64,000 nt of DNA from Octopus vulgaris (taxonomy: Eukaryota), in NCBI GenBank assembly GCA_951406725.2, contig OX597833.1, forward strand, positions 56,110,001 through 56,174,000, read 5' to 3'. Position 1 is the stretch's first letter. Each line of letters begins with the position of its first letter. This document shows, piece by piece, positions 24,971 to 38,089 of this stretch. The translations under genes and the position numbers were made by a program. The notes beneath the pieces were generated by a model that made no database searches, was not told where the DNA came from, and saw nothing but the letters and a program-made list of their open reading frames with translations.

Positions 24971-25575
24971 TTAAGAGATAACATGTTTTGATCATGGAAA
25001 CAGCAGTTTCAAACACTGGGTAGAAACTGCGGATTCTTCTGGCCAGCCTGATGACCGCAGACAAAACTGTTAGCATCGGGGCTAAAACATCTCTGCTACA
25101 AACTACAAGGGCTGTAAAAACATGTTACCCTCTCTTCAGAGCTAAAAGTCAATACTGTTTATAAGACAGACAAGTTAAATATCCGAATATATATGTAAAT
25201 AGATAGTTTAAGATAATCCATCCGACCCTCACCTTTTAACACTGTTCCTTCAAAAAGCTAAAAAGAACAAAAAAACCAACCCAAAATTGAGGATTATGGA
25301 ATCACATCATCACTGTACTCTAGGTTTTCATTAATTTATTTTCAAAGCAGCTATTCAATTAAGTTAACATCCATTATATTCCCTACTTCTTCTCCTTCTT
25401 CTTCTTTGCAAAGATTATGTGACATTGATCTGAAAATCAATCAATCACATCTGTTGATTCCATCCTATGAACAATACGCAATTGCTCAGTTAAAAAGATC
25501 GACCAATATTGATGGCATTAACAGAACAGAATCTCTACTACAGTTTCCTGCAGGAGCAATAGCAGTTGTACAGAA

Positions 25576-26175
25576 GTGGTGGTGGTGGCGGCGGCGGTGG
25601 TGATGGTGTTGGTGGCGGTGGTGTTGGTGGTGGTGGTATTGGTGGTGGTGGTGGTGGTGTTGGTGGTGGTGGTGTTGTTGGTGGTGGTGGTGTTGGTGGT
25701 GGTGGTATTGGTGGTGTTGTTGTTGTTGGTGGTGGTGGTGGTGTTGTTGTTGTTGGTGGTGGTGGTGGTGTTGGTGGCGGTGGTGATGGTGTTGGTGGCG
25801 GTGGTGTTGGTGGTGGTGGTATTGGTGGTGGTGGCGATGGTGGTGTTGTTGTTGTTGTTGTTGTTGTTGTGGTGTTGGTGTTGGTGGTGGTGTTGTTGTT
25901 GTTGGTGGAGGTGGTGTTGGTGGTGGTGGCGGTGGTGTTGGTGGTGGTGGTATTGGTGGTGGTGGTGGTGGTGGTGTTGTTGTTGTTGGTGGTGGTGTTG
26001 GTGGTGGTGGTGTTGGTGGTGGTGGTGGTGGTGGTGTTGTTGTTGTTGGTGGTGGTGTTGGTGGTGGTGGTGTTGGTGTTGGTGGTGGTGGTGGTGTTGT
26101 TGTTGGTGGTGGTGGTGGTGGTGGTGGTGGTGGTGGTGGTGTTGTTGTTGTTGTTGTTGGTGGCGGTGGTGGTGG

Positions 26176-26206
<31 letters not shown>

Positions 26207-26258
26207 GATGGTGGTGTTGTTGGTGGTGGTGGCGGTGGTGGTGGTGGTGGAGGTGGTA
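25576..26258. repeat. (GGT)n/(GTT)n trinucleotide array, ~680 bp
   Basis: Directly visible; followed by (GGGGT)n at 26316-26348. Confidence 0.95.
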
Positions 26259-26941
26259 GCTGAAGTAATTAAAAAGAAAAAAAATTAAAATAAAATAATC
26301 TTGTTTTTGCAGGACGGTGGGGTGGGGTGGGGTGGGGTGGGGTGGGGGAGATGGCAAAAAGCTTAACTTTTTTTGTTTTGTTTACAAATTAGATGAAGAT
26401 ATTCTTCTCGTAGATCTATTCCAATTCCTTTATTACGCACAGGCAAACACAGACATGACTGTATGCCAATATTCATGCATGTATGTATGTATGTATGTAT
26501 GTATGTATGTGTGTGTGTGTGTGTGTATTTGTAGGTATGTATGTATGTATGTAAGCATGACTGCATGTATGTATGTATAATAGGATGATGCATGTTTATG
26601 TGAGTATATGTGAGAAAGAGATGAAGTGTATTTTTGTACATACAGAAACATTTATGCTTATAAACATGTGTGTGTATGTGTGTGTGTGTGTGAGTGTGTG
26701 TGTGTGTGTGTGCGTACGTGTGTGTGTTTGTGTGTGTGTGTGTGTGTGTGGGCGTGCGTATCATGTACCAAACAGACTATCAGATCTTATTATATACTGC
26801 TGGTCACAATGTACTTTCTCATATTGTTTTAGCCTTTGAATGATGTCACCCCACTGGTTAGGCAAGCAGGCCAACATTCCTCTTGATCAGAACACCAGTC
26901 CGTCACAGGGTGACCCAATATATATATATATATATATATAT

Positions 26942-27255
26942 ATCACCGCGATTACCGTGACCGACCAGGCTATCAGATGTTGCTACACATCGCTGGTCAC
27001 AATGCACTTCACTTTGTTATAGCCTTCAAATGACGCCAGCCCGCTGGCTAAGCAAGCAGGCCAACAGAAGAAAGAGTGAGAGAAAGTTGTGGCGAAAGAG
27101 TACAGCAGGGATCGCCACCACCCCCTGCCAGAGCCTCGTGGAGCCTTTAGGTGTTTTCACCCAATAAACACTCACAACGCTCGGTCTGAGAATCGAAACC
27201 ACGATCCTACGACCGCAAGTCCGCTGCCCTAACCACTGGGCCATTGCGCCTCCAC
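26942..27255 (-). mobile_element. tRNA-derived SINE family B, tail type 1
   Basis: Head TGGAGGCGCAATGGCCCAGTGGTTAGGGCAGCGGACT...GGTTTCGATTC; tail shared with 40431-40735. Confidence 0.85.
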
Positions 27256-27288
<33 letters not shown>

Positions 27289-27450
27289 ATTGTAAGAATT
27301 GTACTTTATTTTATTGGCCCCCAAATATTATGGATGAAAGGCAAAGTTGATCCTGGCAAGATTTGAACTCAGAACGTAAAGAGCTGAAGAAATACCACTA
27401 AGTATTTTCTAAGACATGCTAATGGTTCTGCCAGTATGCCACCTTCAATA

Positions 27451-27494
<44 letters not shown>

Positions 27495-29031
27495 AATAAT
27501 AATGATAATAATAATAATGATAATAATAATAATAATAATGGTAATAATGGTTTCTGATTTAGGCAGAAGGCCAACAATTTTGAGAGAAGGAAGGGGATTA
27601 GTCAATACCATGAAGCCTAGTACTTGACTGGTCCTCACTTTATCGACTCCAAAAGGGTGAAAGGCAAGGTCAAACTCAGTGGGATTTGAGCTCAGAGCAT
27701 AAGGATCGAGAAGAAATTCCACCAAGCATTTTATCCAGCTCTTTTATGATGAGGACGACGACGATGATGATGATGATGATGATGATGATAGTGATGATTT
27801 CTATAACACATATATGTCAATTCAAGATTACATTTTGAAACCCTCCCACTACATCCCCCCTTTTTGACACACCTGGAACATGCCGGGTGACATTGAACCA
27901 TTGATAATGAACATAGCTTCGACCAGCAGGCTGGCCAGAGCCAGAGCCAGAGTGAGAGAGCAATGTGCTGCTTGAAGTCCTGACAGTGCTTTCCTTCGCT
28001 CTACCCGCTTCCCCTGTAGTTCCGATATCACCATTTTGGAGAGCAGAGCTAATTATGGAAAGGTGGAATGGCCAGATAAAGTGACCACATTAAATGGCTT
28101 TGAGAATTATCAACACAGACATCAACAACATCCCTGGCGCTCAAATGTAAAGGCTTCTTATAGAATAATGCAACTAAATATTAATAATTCTGAAAAATGC
28201 CCACTCTTTTACCATCTCCAAAATTTGAGCAGAACATTAAAAGAAGTCTACAGTCTAGGACGACATGCTCAAAAAAAAGAAAAAAAAAAAAAAGACAGAA
28301 TGGATGGACAGTGGTCAGTTAGGGCAGATCTGACGATTAGGTGAATGAAAGCTCTCTTTTCCTTTTTCTTTTTCTTTCTCCTATGCAACAACTACCACAA
28401 TAACAAACACAAATATATTGATATTCTGTACATCACTGGTTAGTTATGGGATAGTGAAGAGAGGGCTTTATGAAAGACATGTTGCAAATGATGGTGGTGA
28501 TGGTGGTGGTGTTGAGGAGGAGGAGGAGGAGGAGAGGGTGTGAAATAAAGTTCACGTGAACAATGATGATAACGGTAGTGGTGGTGATGGTGGTGGTAGT
28601 TTGAAGGTAAAGATGCTGACAAAAATAGTTTGGATAGCAATATCGCTTGTGGTATTGGAAGATTGCGGTTACATTAATGATGATGATGACGATGATGATG
28701 ATGACAATAATGATGATGATGATGAAAACATAGTAGTGGCTATGGCGTCACTATTGATGGTTATGATAGTGATTACAATGATGTTTGCAACGGAAATGAC
28801 GATGATGATGATGATGATGATGATAAAAATAAAGGGAAAACAGCAAATAAACAAGCAAACAAAAATGAACTAGCAAACAAAAATGAACTAGCAAACAAAT
28901 CACAATGGAGAACTAAATAATTTTTTCAAAAAAAAAAAAAAATAATAAGATAAAATAAAATAAAATAAAACAGCAAAATATACGCAACAATTAAAATGAA
29001 AATTAAACAGAAAGAAGGGAAATAAAATAAA

Positions 29032-29063
<32 letters not shown>

Positions 29064-29764
29064 GAAAGCCTGGAATTAGAACTCGTTCTCATTAAAACTC
29101 CTGGATTCTACGTCATAGTATGTTTGAAAAGAGGAAAGAAAAGAGGAACAAATACAACAACAACAAAAAAACAACAACTCTCAATTAAATAGCTGGAGCA
29201 GGGGACAGGGGATAATGGCAAACATACATAACAACAACAACAACAACAGCAGCATCAATAGGATTAAAATTAGATTGAAAAAAAAAAAAAATTCTATAGA
29301 ATTGTAGAATTTTCTAGAATTCTGTATAGAGCCAGGAAATTAAATTAAACTACAGAAAAGGGAAGACGGAGAATATAAATTGTGCAACAGAAAGAAAATT
29401 GGTTGTCTGTTATCTTTGTCGATGATATGAATGGGAGAACGTGTATGCTAATAGCGTGGGAACTGGGGAACTAGTGTGCATACGTAAACACACACATATA
29501 CGCACACGCACACACACCTACATGCACGTATAACTGTGAATGTGTAAGTATGCATACATCCATGTATGGAGGAGCTTGTATGTAACACATACATAAATGT
29601 TTATGTAATATGCAGACATATATATGTGTATGTATGTATGTGTGTATGTGTATAGATTTTAGTCGTAGGACTGTAGCTATGATGGGGCTCAGATTTGAAG
29701 GGTTTAGTCAAACAAATTGACTCCACTACTTAATTTTATTTGTTTTCAAACTAAGTCTGGCACT

Positions 29765-30070
29765 GTGGAGGTGCAATGGCCCAGTGGTTAGGGCAGCGGA
29801 CTTGCGGTCGGAGGATCGCGGTTTCAATTCCCAGACCGGGCGTTGTGTGTGTGTTTATTGAGCGAAAACACCTAAAAAGCTCCACAAGGCTCCGGCAGGG
29901 GGTGGTGGTGACCCCTGTTGTACTCTTTCGCCACAGCTTTCCCTCACTCTCTCTTCCTGTTTCTTGAGTAACGCTGTGATAGACTGGCGTCCCATCCAGC
30001 TGGGGGGAACACATAGGCCACAGAAACTGGGACACCAGGCTTATGAGCCTGGCTAGGCTTGAAAAGGGCA
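29765..30070 (+). mobile_element. SINE family B, tail type 3
   Basis: Same head and body as 58241, then diverges to GACTGGCGTCCCATCCAGCTGGGGGG...GAGCCTGGCTAGGCTTGAAAAGGGC. Confidence 0.8.
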
Positions 30071-30789
30071 ACGTTTTTTTCCTATCAGTCTCTTTTGCCA
30101 AATCACCAAGTTACAAGGATTGTAAACAAACCAATACCTGTTGTCAAGAGATGAAGGGGACAAACACAAACACAAAGGCGCACATATCTTGCTTTGCAAT
30201 GATTGGTATAACACATACATATGAGTAGTGTAGTTTGCATGAAGCATTGTCTGATACATTGATTTTTAATTATTTTTTTTCTAAAACAAAACAATGCTAG
30301 TTGTAAGATATGACACAAGCCAATGGTTTATACTGTTACTTTGTATTTCAGTACTTTGGGGGTTAGGACCCCTTCTTTAGGAAATCTTCAGAATTAAGTT
30401 ATTGTTAGCTGACTTCTCTGTTCTGTGGTAAAGTCAGCTAACAACAGCTTTTCTTTGAAAATTTTGACCCAAAATCTTCCAAAGAACCAAACAAATAAAA
30501 TTTATTCCTGTAGGTGTCAGTGGAGTTAAAATTTAAAACCTAATTAAACAAGGTCATGGACAAATAACACAAACCCTTCATGCTCTGGTTTGGGAAGAGC
30601 TGAAGTCCTCCTGGCAGGGGATTTGCCATCTGTGACCAAGGGAAAGAAACATTCTCAGTGATTAAAATCTTGCCAGGATGGCCAAATTCATCCAGTAATG
30701 AGTTGGCATGAGCCATCACATAGAAATTCGATGTAGAACTTGTTCATTATCAGATGTGGACATTGGGTACAAGTTCTACATGATGAGGA

Positions 30790-31060
30790 GATAGCAGTTC
30801 ACATCCTGAAAAACCTGACAGAACACGTGACCCCCACCAACATCATGAAGTCTCCTAAATCTCTTGATTTGAATTCCATGACTACTGCACCTTGGATGTC
30901 ATCAGAAGTACTATTGGCTGGTAGCCTCAGGGATCCAATGATTTGTAGGGGGTTGTTACCATGGGCAGCATGGATGAAGACCACACATCCTTGATATGCC
31001 ATCACATTTATAATTGCAGCAGGCCCAGATTTGGCATTGAGGGTCAGTTTTATTGAATGG
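30790..31060 (+). mobile_element. Tc1/mariner transposase C-terminal remnant
   Basis: PKSLDLNSM-(frameshift)-YCTLDVI resembles the SPDLNPxDY motif; later SMDEDH...EGQFY resembles the family C-terminus. Confidence 0.55.
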
Positions 31061-31941
31061 TCTGTGCTTCTGATGTGTGAAGATGAATGTGAGTGCTGGT
31101 TTTCTGGGAGTGTATTGGGTTTTCTATCTTTATTTTTCCTTGTGTTATTCTTATTTATTCACATTGTTTTGAATTAATCATGCATTATCTTGTAGTTTCC
31201 AGATTTCAATGGTTTGACTGTTTATTTTTCAACTACAACTCTCCCCTGTATTGACTGCCTCCCAGCTCTTCTCCACCACTCTTGGCCTGAACAACAAGCT
31301 TAGGACCCAGCATCTATTGACCCATCAAAATGAAGAGGCTCAGTCACTGACTACACATCTACTATTCAAATATGAGGAGAGTCAGTGTAAGAAGCCAAAT
31401 CGGACTGGTTTCGACGTAAAACAGATAAAATATTTTGGTTGGTTGTGGCCTGTTTAAATACTGAAGGGTTAAAGGACTTTAAGGTCATCCAAATATAACA
31501 AGTTTTCTAAATCAATGATACAGTCTTCATTCCAGAATCTGTTGAAAATTTGCCAAAGTTATAATTCAGGCTTTCATTAAAAGACTTCACACTGAAGCAA
31601 AGGCTATGATTAAATTATAAAGTAGTCGGTGAAAGCAAGTAAACAAATTGAAGACCCTGGGTTGGTTAGATGGTTTGCTAGATATAGCGAGTAGATGTGA
31701 TTACCTAAGGTACATATTTAATTGTTGGAGGTGGAGTGAATAACAGCTTGGTGGTAAAGGTCCATTATGGGTAAAAGAATTTTATATAACTGTTACCATC
31801 ATAGACAATGAATTACACACACACACAAAAACACACACAATTCTTGTATATGTCTTGTAAATGATTCTGAGGTTTGGTAAATTTAAAACAAATAATTAAG
31901 AACTTATCAAATATAAAAGCACCTTTATGACTTTTGGCCCA

Positions 31942-32374
31942 TCTCTCTATATATAAACGGCAGTTTGTCTGTCTGTGTGTCTGTCAGGTTGTACCCTCAC
32001 CCTGACCACGGCTTTCAACCGATTCTGATGAAACTCTGACACACACATAGCCTAATGTCATAATTCAAAACTAACGCAGCGAAAATTTTGAAAAGTTCCC
32101 CCAGTTCTGGAAAAAGTCGATAAATTCGACATGGGGTCGAGAATCTAAGCTTTTTATATGCAACACATTTTCTGTCTAGGGGACACAACTCGACCTTTTT
32201 ATCGCCCAAAGGGACAGCTAGGAACATCGTATGCACAGAAGTATTCGAGTGAAGAGAAGACATTGCAACCTACACATGTGCCTTCGTTCCCTAGAGGGAA
32301 AGGACTAGATTGGGATTAGTCGTTGCCTACTAGGGGCTCTTACATACCTGGGCAACGCCGGGCTATGCTGCTAG
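31942..32374 (+). mobile_element. non-autonomous Helitron
   Basis: Starts TC after host A and ends CTAG before host T, with subterminal GC hairpin CCTGGGCAACGCCGGG (32347-32362); no TSD. Confidence 0.8.
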
Positions 32375-32829
32375 TATTATTTAAAGGAATGATATTAGTT
32401 TAGGATTTAAGCCTTTTTCTGACTCTTGGCACCATATGCTGCATTTGCACACACAAATACACACATAAATGGCTCCAAGGTAAGAATTCTTCAACTTAAA
32501 ATTTGAATTATAGATTTCAGTTTTTAGACTTAACTTGAATTTTGGTTCAGTAAAGAGGAACAAGTGAAGGCAGGTGGCCTTGTGGTTTCATTCCCTGGAC
32601 CAGGTAGCACATTGTGTTCTTGAGCAAAACATTTCATTTCACATTTCTCCAGCTGTATGTAAGTTCCAGCAACAGCTAGGAAGTCAACCCAGTGATGGAC
32701 CAGCATCTTGTTCAAGTGGGGGGTGTTGTAGTCTAACTCATTTATACATTATAGAAACCAGATTAAGCTCCAGCCTTAGGGGTCCTAGGGCCTAAGACAG
32801 ACCAAAAGAAGAACAAACAGTATCTATGA

Positions 32830-33290
32830 CCATCACAGACCCTTGCAAGCACATTATATAGAAGGGGGCTGTATCCATAACCTTTGCAAGCCCTTCCTGA
32901 CAGATGAAATAGAAGGGGCTGTTCTTGTGACCCATACAGGACTTTCCAGATTGGCAAGATTGATGTGGCTGATGCTCAGTTTTATCATCTATAAATTGAA
33001 GTCTGCAGGAAAAAAATTTAGATTTTGAAGGGAATTCCAGAGAATTGATAATCTAGCAATGAAGGATTGGGGGTGAGGATAGTAGTTAGTATGGAAGAAG
33101 GATGTGTCAGGTGTAAGTGGTATGCAAATAGTTTTGTGGAGCAGAAGAAACACCTGTATTAGCGATAGAAGACAGCTGGGGCCAAAAAGGTTTTAATGTG
33201 TGAGTGGGTCCTTGCCAACTATTCTGATGGGTTTGTTTCGGATGCGGTCTAGAATGTTTGTATATTTAGCCAGCTTCACACATTCTCCTG
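32830..33290 (-). mobile_element. degraded LINE (CR1/L2/Jockey-like) fragment; a related piece may lie at ~34020-34860
   Basis: The minus strand reads KYTNILDRIRNKPIRIVG, like the LDRIQxRAxRI segment of LINE ORF2; many stops. Confidence 0.45.
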
Positions 33291-33491
33291 GGTTGCCTCA
33301 TTGTCTTATGAATGACTGACCATCATATTGCAATTATAGCTATTCCTCCATCTCTGATATTAGTGTTTTTCTATTTAGGGTAAAACCTCAATTTTACTCA
33401 TTCTAAATTTCAAGATCATGTGTGTGTGTATGTGTGTTTAAATAAAAGACAGAGACAGGTGAGGGAAAAATAAACAAGGTGTATTAGCTTG

Positions 33492-33589
33492 ATGCATATA
33501 TATATATACATATATTTACATATACATATATATATATATACATATATACATATACATATATATACATATATAGATATATACATATATAC

Positions 33590-33620
<31 letters not shown>

Positions 33621-33807
33621 CATATACATATACATATATATATACATACATATATATATACATACATACATATATATATACATACATACATATATATATA
33701 CATACATATATATATACATACATATATATATATACATACATATATACATACATACATACATATATACATACATACATATATACATACATATATACATACA
33801 TACATAC

Positions 33808-33850
<43 letters not shown>

Positions 33851-33900
33851 CATATATATATATATAACACACACACATATATATGTATATATATATGATG
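33492..33900. repeat. (TA)n/(TACA)n microsatellite
   Basis: Directly visible. Confidence 0.95.
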
Positions 33901-33971
33901 TCAAACTAATATACCTTGTTTCTTGTTCCTTCATCTGTCTCTATCTTTTGGTTTTTGCACAATTTTGAACC

Positions 33972-34013
<42 letters not shown>

Positions 34014-34376
34014 TATGCTTTAGATTGTGTCCAGGGAAGAGGGTAAATAATTCTGTTCAGTAAGAGACATGTCAGATTCCTTTAGAAACAGTTCTTACTC
34101 CTTTGGTTCCCATCTCTCACCTGTGACACCAAGAAACAATAGCATGCAACAAAGACCACACATTGACAAACCCCTTTACCCAGTTAGATTGGGAATTACT
34201 TGTGCTTCCATGTGAAGACTCTTCTAGGAGACTGGGTACAGGAAACCAAGAGAGGAATCCACTTGTTTCAAAGGAGATTCTAAATGGCATTGTGGAATTT
34301 GTTAGGGCTTGTAAAAACCATGAAAGCAAACTTTACCTTTTGCTGCTGCTAAAGAATCTATTACTGGGAAGATCAT

Positions 34377-34765
34377 GGATGGAAGCACTCCGTCGGTTAC
34401 GACGACGAGGGTTCTGGTTGATCCGATCAACAGAACAGCCTGCTCGTGAAATTAACGTGTAAGTGGCTGAGCACTCCACAGACACGTGTACCCTTAACAT
34501 AGTTCTCGGGGATATTCAGCGTGACACAGAGAGTGACAAGGCCGGCCCTTTGAAATACAGGTACAACAGAAACAGGAAGTAAGAGTGAGAGAAAGTTGTG
34601 ATGAAAGAGTACAGCAGGGATCACCACCATCCCCTGCCGGAGCCTCATGGAGCTTTTTAGGTGTTTTCGCTCAATAAACACTCACAACGCCCGATCTGGG
34701 AATCGAAACCGCGATCCTATGACCGCGAGTCCGCTGCCCTAACCACTGGGCCATTGTGCCTCCAC
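34377..34765 (-). mobile_element. SINE family B, tail type 2, with 15-bp TSD
   Basis: TACTGGGAAGATCAT at 34362-34376 and 34766-34780; body matches 58241-58623. Confidence 0.9.
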
Positions 34766-35178
34766 TACTGGGAAGATCATACTGGTGCTGCTGGACTAAC
34801 TTTTATGACAAAGGATATGGATTACACATGCATTGTAGATTAACTATGTAAAACTCATTCATGCACAGATTTAGGTGAATTTCTCCTCCTCCTCATTATT
34901 ATTATTAATTATATAAATTACTAGTATTATTAAGGTGGTGAGCTGGCAGAATCATTAGCACGCTGGGTGAAATGCTTTGTGGTATTTCATCTGCTGTTAT
35001 GTTCTGAGTTCAAATTCCAATGAGTTCGACTTTGCCTTTTATCCTTTTGGAGTCAATAAATTAAGTACTAGTGAAACACTGGGGTCACTGTAATTAACTA
35101 GTCCCCGCCTTATGGCTTTAGTAGAAAGGATTATTACAACTGAAGTATATTTGCCACTTAAATGTGGCTAACCCTTAA

Positions 35179-35648
35179 TCCTTTTGTTACTGTATTTATT
35201 TTGAGATGCTCTGAGTTTCTTTCAATTACTTTAAATATAACAAAGAATTCAGTAAAATAACTTAGTTATCATTCAGCTAGTATTAGGGACATAAATTGTG
35301 ACTAAGGTTTGGTGGAAGATTTTAATTCAAAACTTATGAAAACAAGACATTTGTACTACAGAGCCAGAGCTGGTTTCAGCTGGGTTGGTATTAAAAGGGT
35401 TAAGAATTGTTTCTCTATTATATATTTAATCCATTCGTTACTGTATTTATTTTGAGATGCTCTGTGTTTCTTTCAATTACTTTAAATATAACAAAGAATT
35501 CAGTAAAATAACTTAGTTATCATTCAGCTAGTGTTAGGAACATAAATTGTGACTTGGCTTGGTGGAAGATTTTAATTCAAAATTTATGAAAACAAGACAT
35601 TTGTACTCAGAGCCAAAGCTGGTTTCAGCCGGGTTGGTAATGAAAGGG
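35179..35648. mobile_element. dimeric piggyBac-type MITE, opposite orientation to 10494-10952
   Basis: TTAA at 35175-35178 and 35649-35652; two monomers joined by GAATTGTTTCTCTATTATATAT. Confidence 0.8.
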
Positions 35649-35956
35649 TTAAGGGTGGATAAGGGTTAGCCACATTTAAGTGGCTTCATGATGTCGTGGA
35701 GCTACTGTTTATAACTTGCTCAGAGATTTACTATTATTACAACTATTATTATTCAAACATGGTTGACTTTGCCTTTCATCCTTTCAGGGGGGGGGTCAGA
35801 TAAGTACCAGTTGAGCACTGTAGATAATGTAATTGACTATCCCCAACCCTAAAATTTCAGACTTTATGTCTACAATAGAAAGAACTACTACAAGTACTAA
35901 GGCCACAAGCTGGCACAATTGTTAACATGTCAAACAAAATGCTCAATGGCATTTCT

Positions 35957-36193
35957 TCTTATTTCTTTATTGCCCACAAGAGAGCTAAACATAGAGGGGA
36001 CAAACAAGGACAGACAAAGGGATTAAGTCAATTACATCGACCCCAGTACATAACTGGTACTTAATTTATTGACCCTGAAAGGATAAAAGGCAAAGTTGAC
36101 CTCGGTGGAATTTGAACTCAGAACGTAATGGCAGAAGAAATACTGATAAGCATTTCGCCCTGCGCGCTAACGTTTCTGCCAGTTCACCGCCTT
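35957..36193 (-). mobile_element. SINE family D nested in an older SINE
   Basis: Matches 39061-39298; GGCATTTCTTCT appears on both sides. Confidence 0.8.
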
Positions 36194-36546
36194 GAAGGGC
36201 ATTTCTTCTGGCTGTTTACATTCTTAGTTCAAATTCTGCTGAGGTTGGTTTTGCCCTTCATCCTTTCATGATCAATGGAACGAGTACCAGTTAAGAACTG
36301 GGATTGATATAACCAACTAGCCCCAACCACCACCAAATTTCAGGCTTTGTGCCTATTGTAGAAAGGATTATTATTATAAAATCCATCCTTGGACTCAAAT
36401 TACAATCATGCATCCATCATAAACAGATGCAGCAGCTTTTATTTTTAAGTCTTTTCCTTCAAACATTTATGTCAAGATCAATGGGCATGACCCTCATCGT
36501 CATCAAGATTATTATTATTATGTTGTTATTAATTATCATTATTATT

Positions 36547-37064
36547 GAGTGAGAGAGCAGCACATGCCATCAAAGTGAAACTGGGGTACAATTATACGAA
36601 GCTCAATATACCCATCTGATAAGGGTACACCAGGTACATGCATCACAATGACATGTGTGCAACGTGGCGATCTTATATCAAGATAAACAGTGCATGACCT
36701 TGCAAGTGGGGCCCAGTTAGAATTTTCTCCAGGTTTAGTAGTCCATCCTGCTCAAAAGGTTTGTTTAAGGATGATGAACGAAACACCCAGGTTTCCAAGG
36801 GTGAATTATTCAAACCCCAAAGAATTCCTCTCAACATATGGCTATGATGCTCCCCCACTGCTTCTGCTCATGATCAGAGATTCACATATCATCAGCCACT
36901 AAGAGACATGCTCAACTGGTTAAGGTCAAATAACTGACAAGCAAATCTGTGGTATTGAGCAGAATATTTGCTGTAGCCCATCCTTTATACCAAGACAGAA
37001 CAATGTACATGATAACACTTCCAATCAGTTAAGATCAGAAGCCATGAGAGTCACTGCCTGGTAT

Positions 37065-37065
<1 letters not shown>
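36547..37065. mobile_element. interspersed repeat family F beside (TTA)n/(TAA)n tracts
   Basis: GAGTGAGAGAGCAG...CTGATAAGGGTACAC...TCAAGATAAACAG...GGGGCCCAGTTAGAATTTTCT shared with 63781-64000. Confidence 0.7.
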
Positions 37066-37100
<35 letters not shown>

Positions 37101-37126
37101 TCATTATAATGATAATGATAATAATA

Positions 37127-37167
<41 letters not shown>

Positions 37168-37524
37168 CATATAATACGGTGAATTGGCAGATTTATTAAA
37201 GTATTGGAAAGAATTGTTCTACAGTATTTGTTCTGATTTGCTGCACTCTGAGATCAAATCCCATCAAGGTCAACTTTGCCTTTTTTCCCTTCAAGACTGA
37301 TTAAAAAAAAAAAGCACCAACCCAGGATGGTAGACTGGCAGAATTGATGGAGCATCAGAAGGGATGTTTTTGCATTATCTGTTCTGGTTCAGTACATTCT
37401 GAGTTCAACTCCTGCGCTGTCACTGAATAGCAATGACAGCCCTTCTGCCATGGATTACTTCGGGGTCTCACTGGTCGGCTTACTTTTTTTGTTGACCTTA
37501 CCTTAACAGAAAAGTGAACTATCT

Positions 37525-37935
37525 TGGCTGTGTGGTAAGTAGCTTGTTTACCAACCACATGGTTCTGGGTTCAGTCCCACTGCGTGGCACCTTGGGCAAG
37601 TGTCTTCTACTATAGCCTCAGGCTGACCAAAGCCTTGTGAGTGGATTTGGTAGACAGAAACTGAAAGAAGCCCGTCATATATATGTATATATGTGTGTAT
37701 GTATATATTATATATATGTTTGTGTGTCTCTGTTTGTCCCCCTAGCATTGCTTGACAACCGATGCTGGTGTGTTTATGTCCCCGTCACTTAGCGGTTCGG
37801 CAAAAAGAGGCCGATAGAATAAGTACTGGGCTTACAAAGAATAAGTCCCGGGGTCGAGTTGCTCGATTAAAAGGCAGTGCTCCAGCATGGCCACAGTCAA
37901 AATGACTGAAACAAGTAAAAAAAAAAAAAAAAAGA
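37525..37935 (+). mobile_element. SINE family A with A-rich tail
   Basis: Matches the family consensus. Confidence 0.88.
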
Positions 37936-38089
37936 GAAAGAGATATAAGAGGGAATTTACCACTATATGGAAACCCTTATGCTAGAAGAAGATCCGCTGT
38001 GGTCTTAACACTAAGAATTGTTCTCTAGAAAATTTAGCAAGAAGCTCTATGAGGACCATGATAGTTTATTAGAAGGAACCTTTGCTGGT

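Noticed and set aside
25406-25575. Pyrimidine tract plus open frame RLCDIDLKINQSHLLIPSYEQ...
   Set aside because: No donor site, no recognisable domain and no partner exons; it runs into a microsatellite.
25518-26357. Poly-His/Gln/Thr, poly-Gly/Val and poly-Trp ORFs
   Set aside because: Trinucleotide array open in many frames on both strands; no coding evidence.
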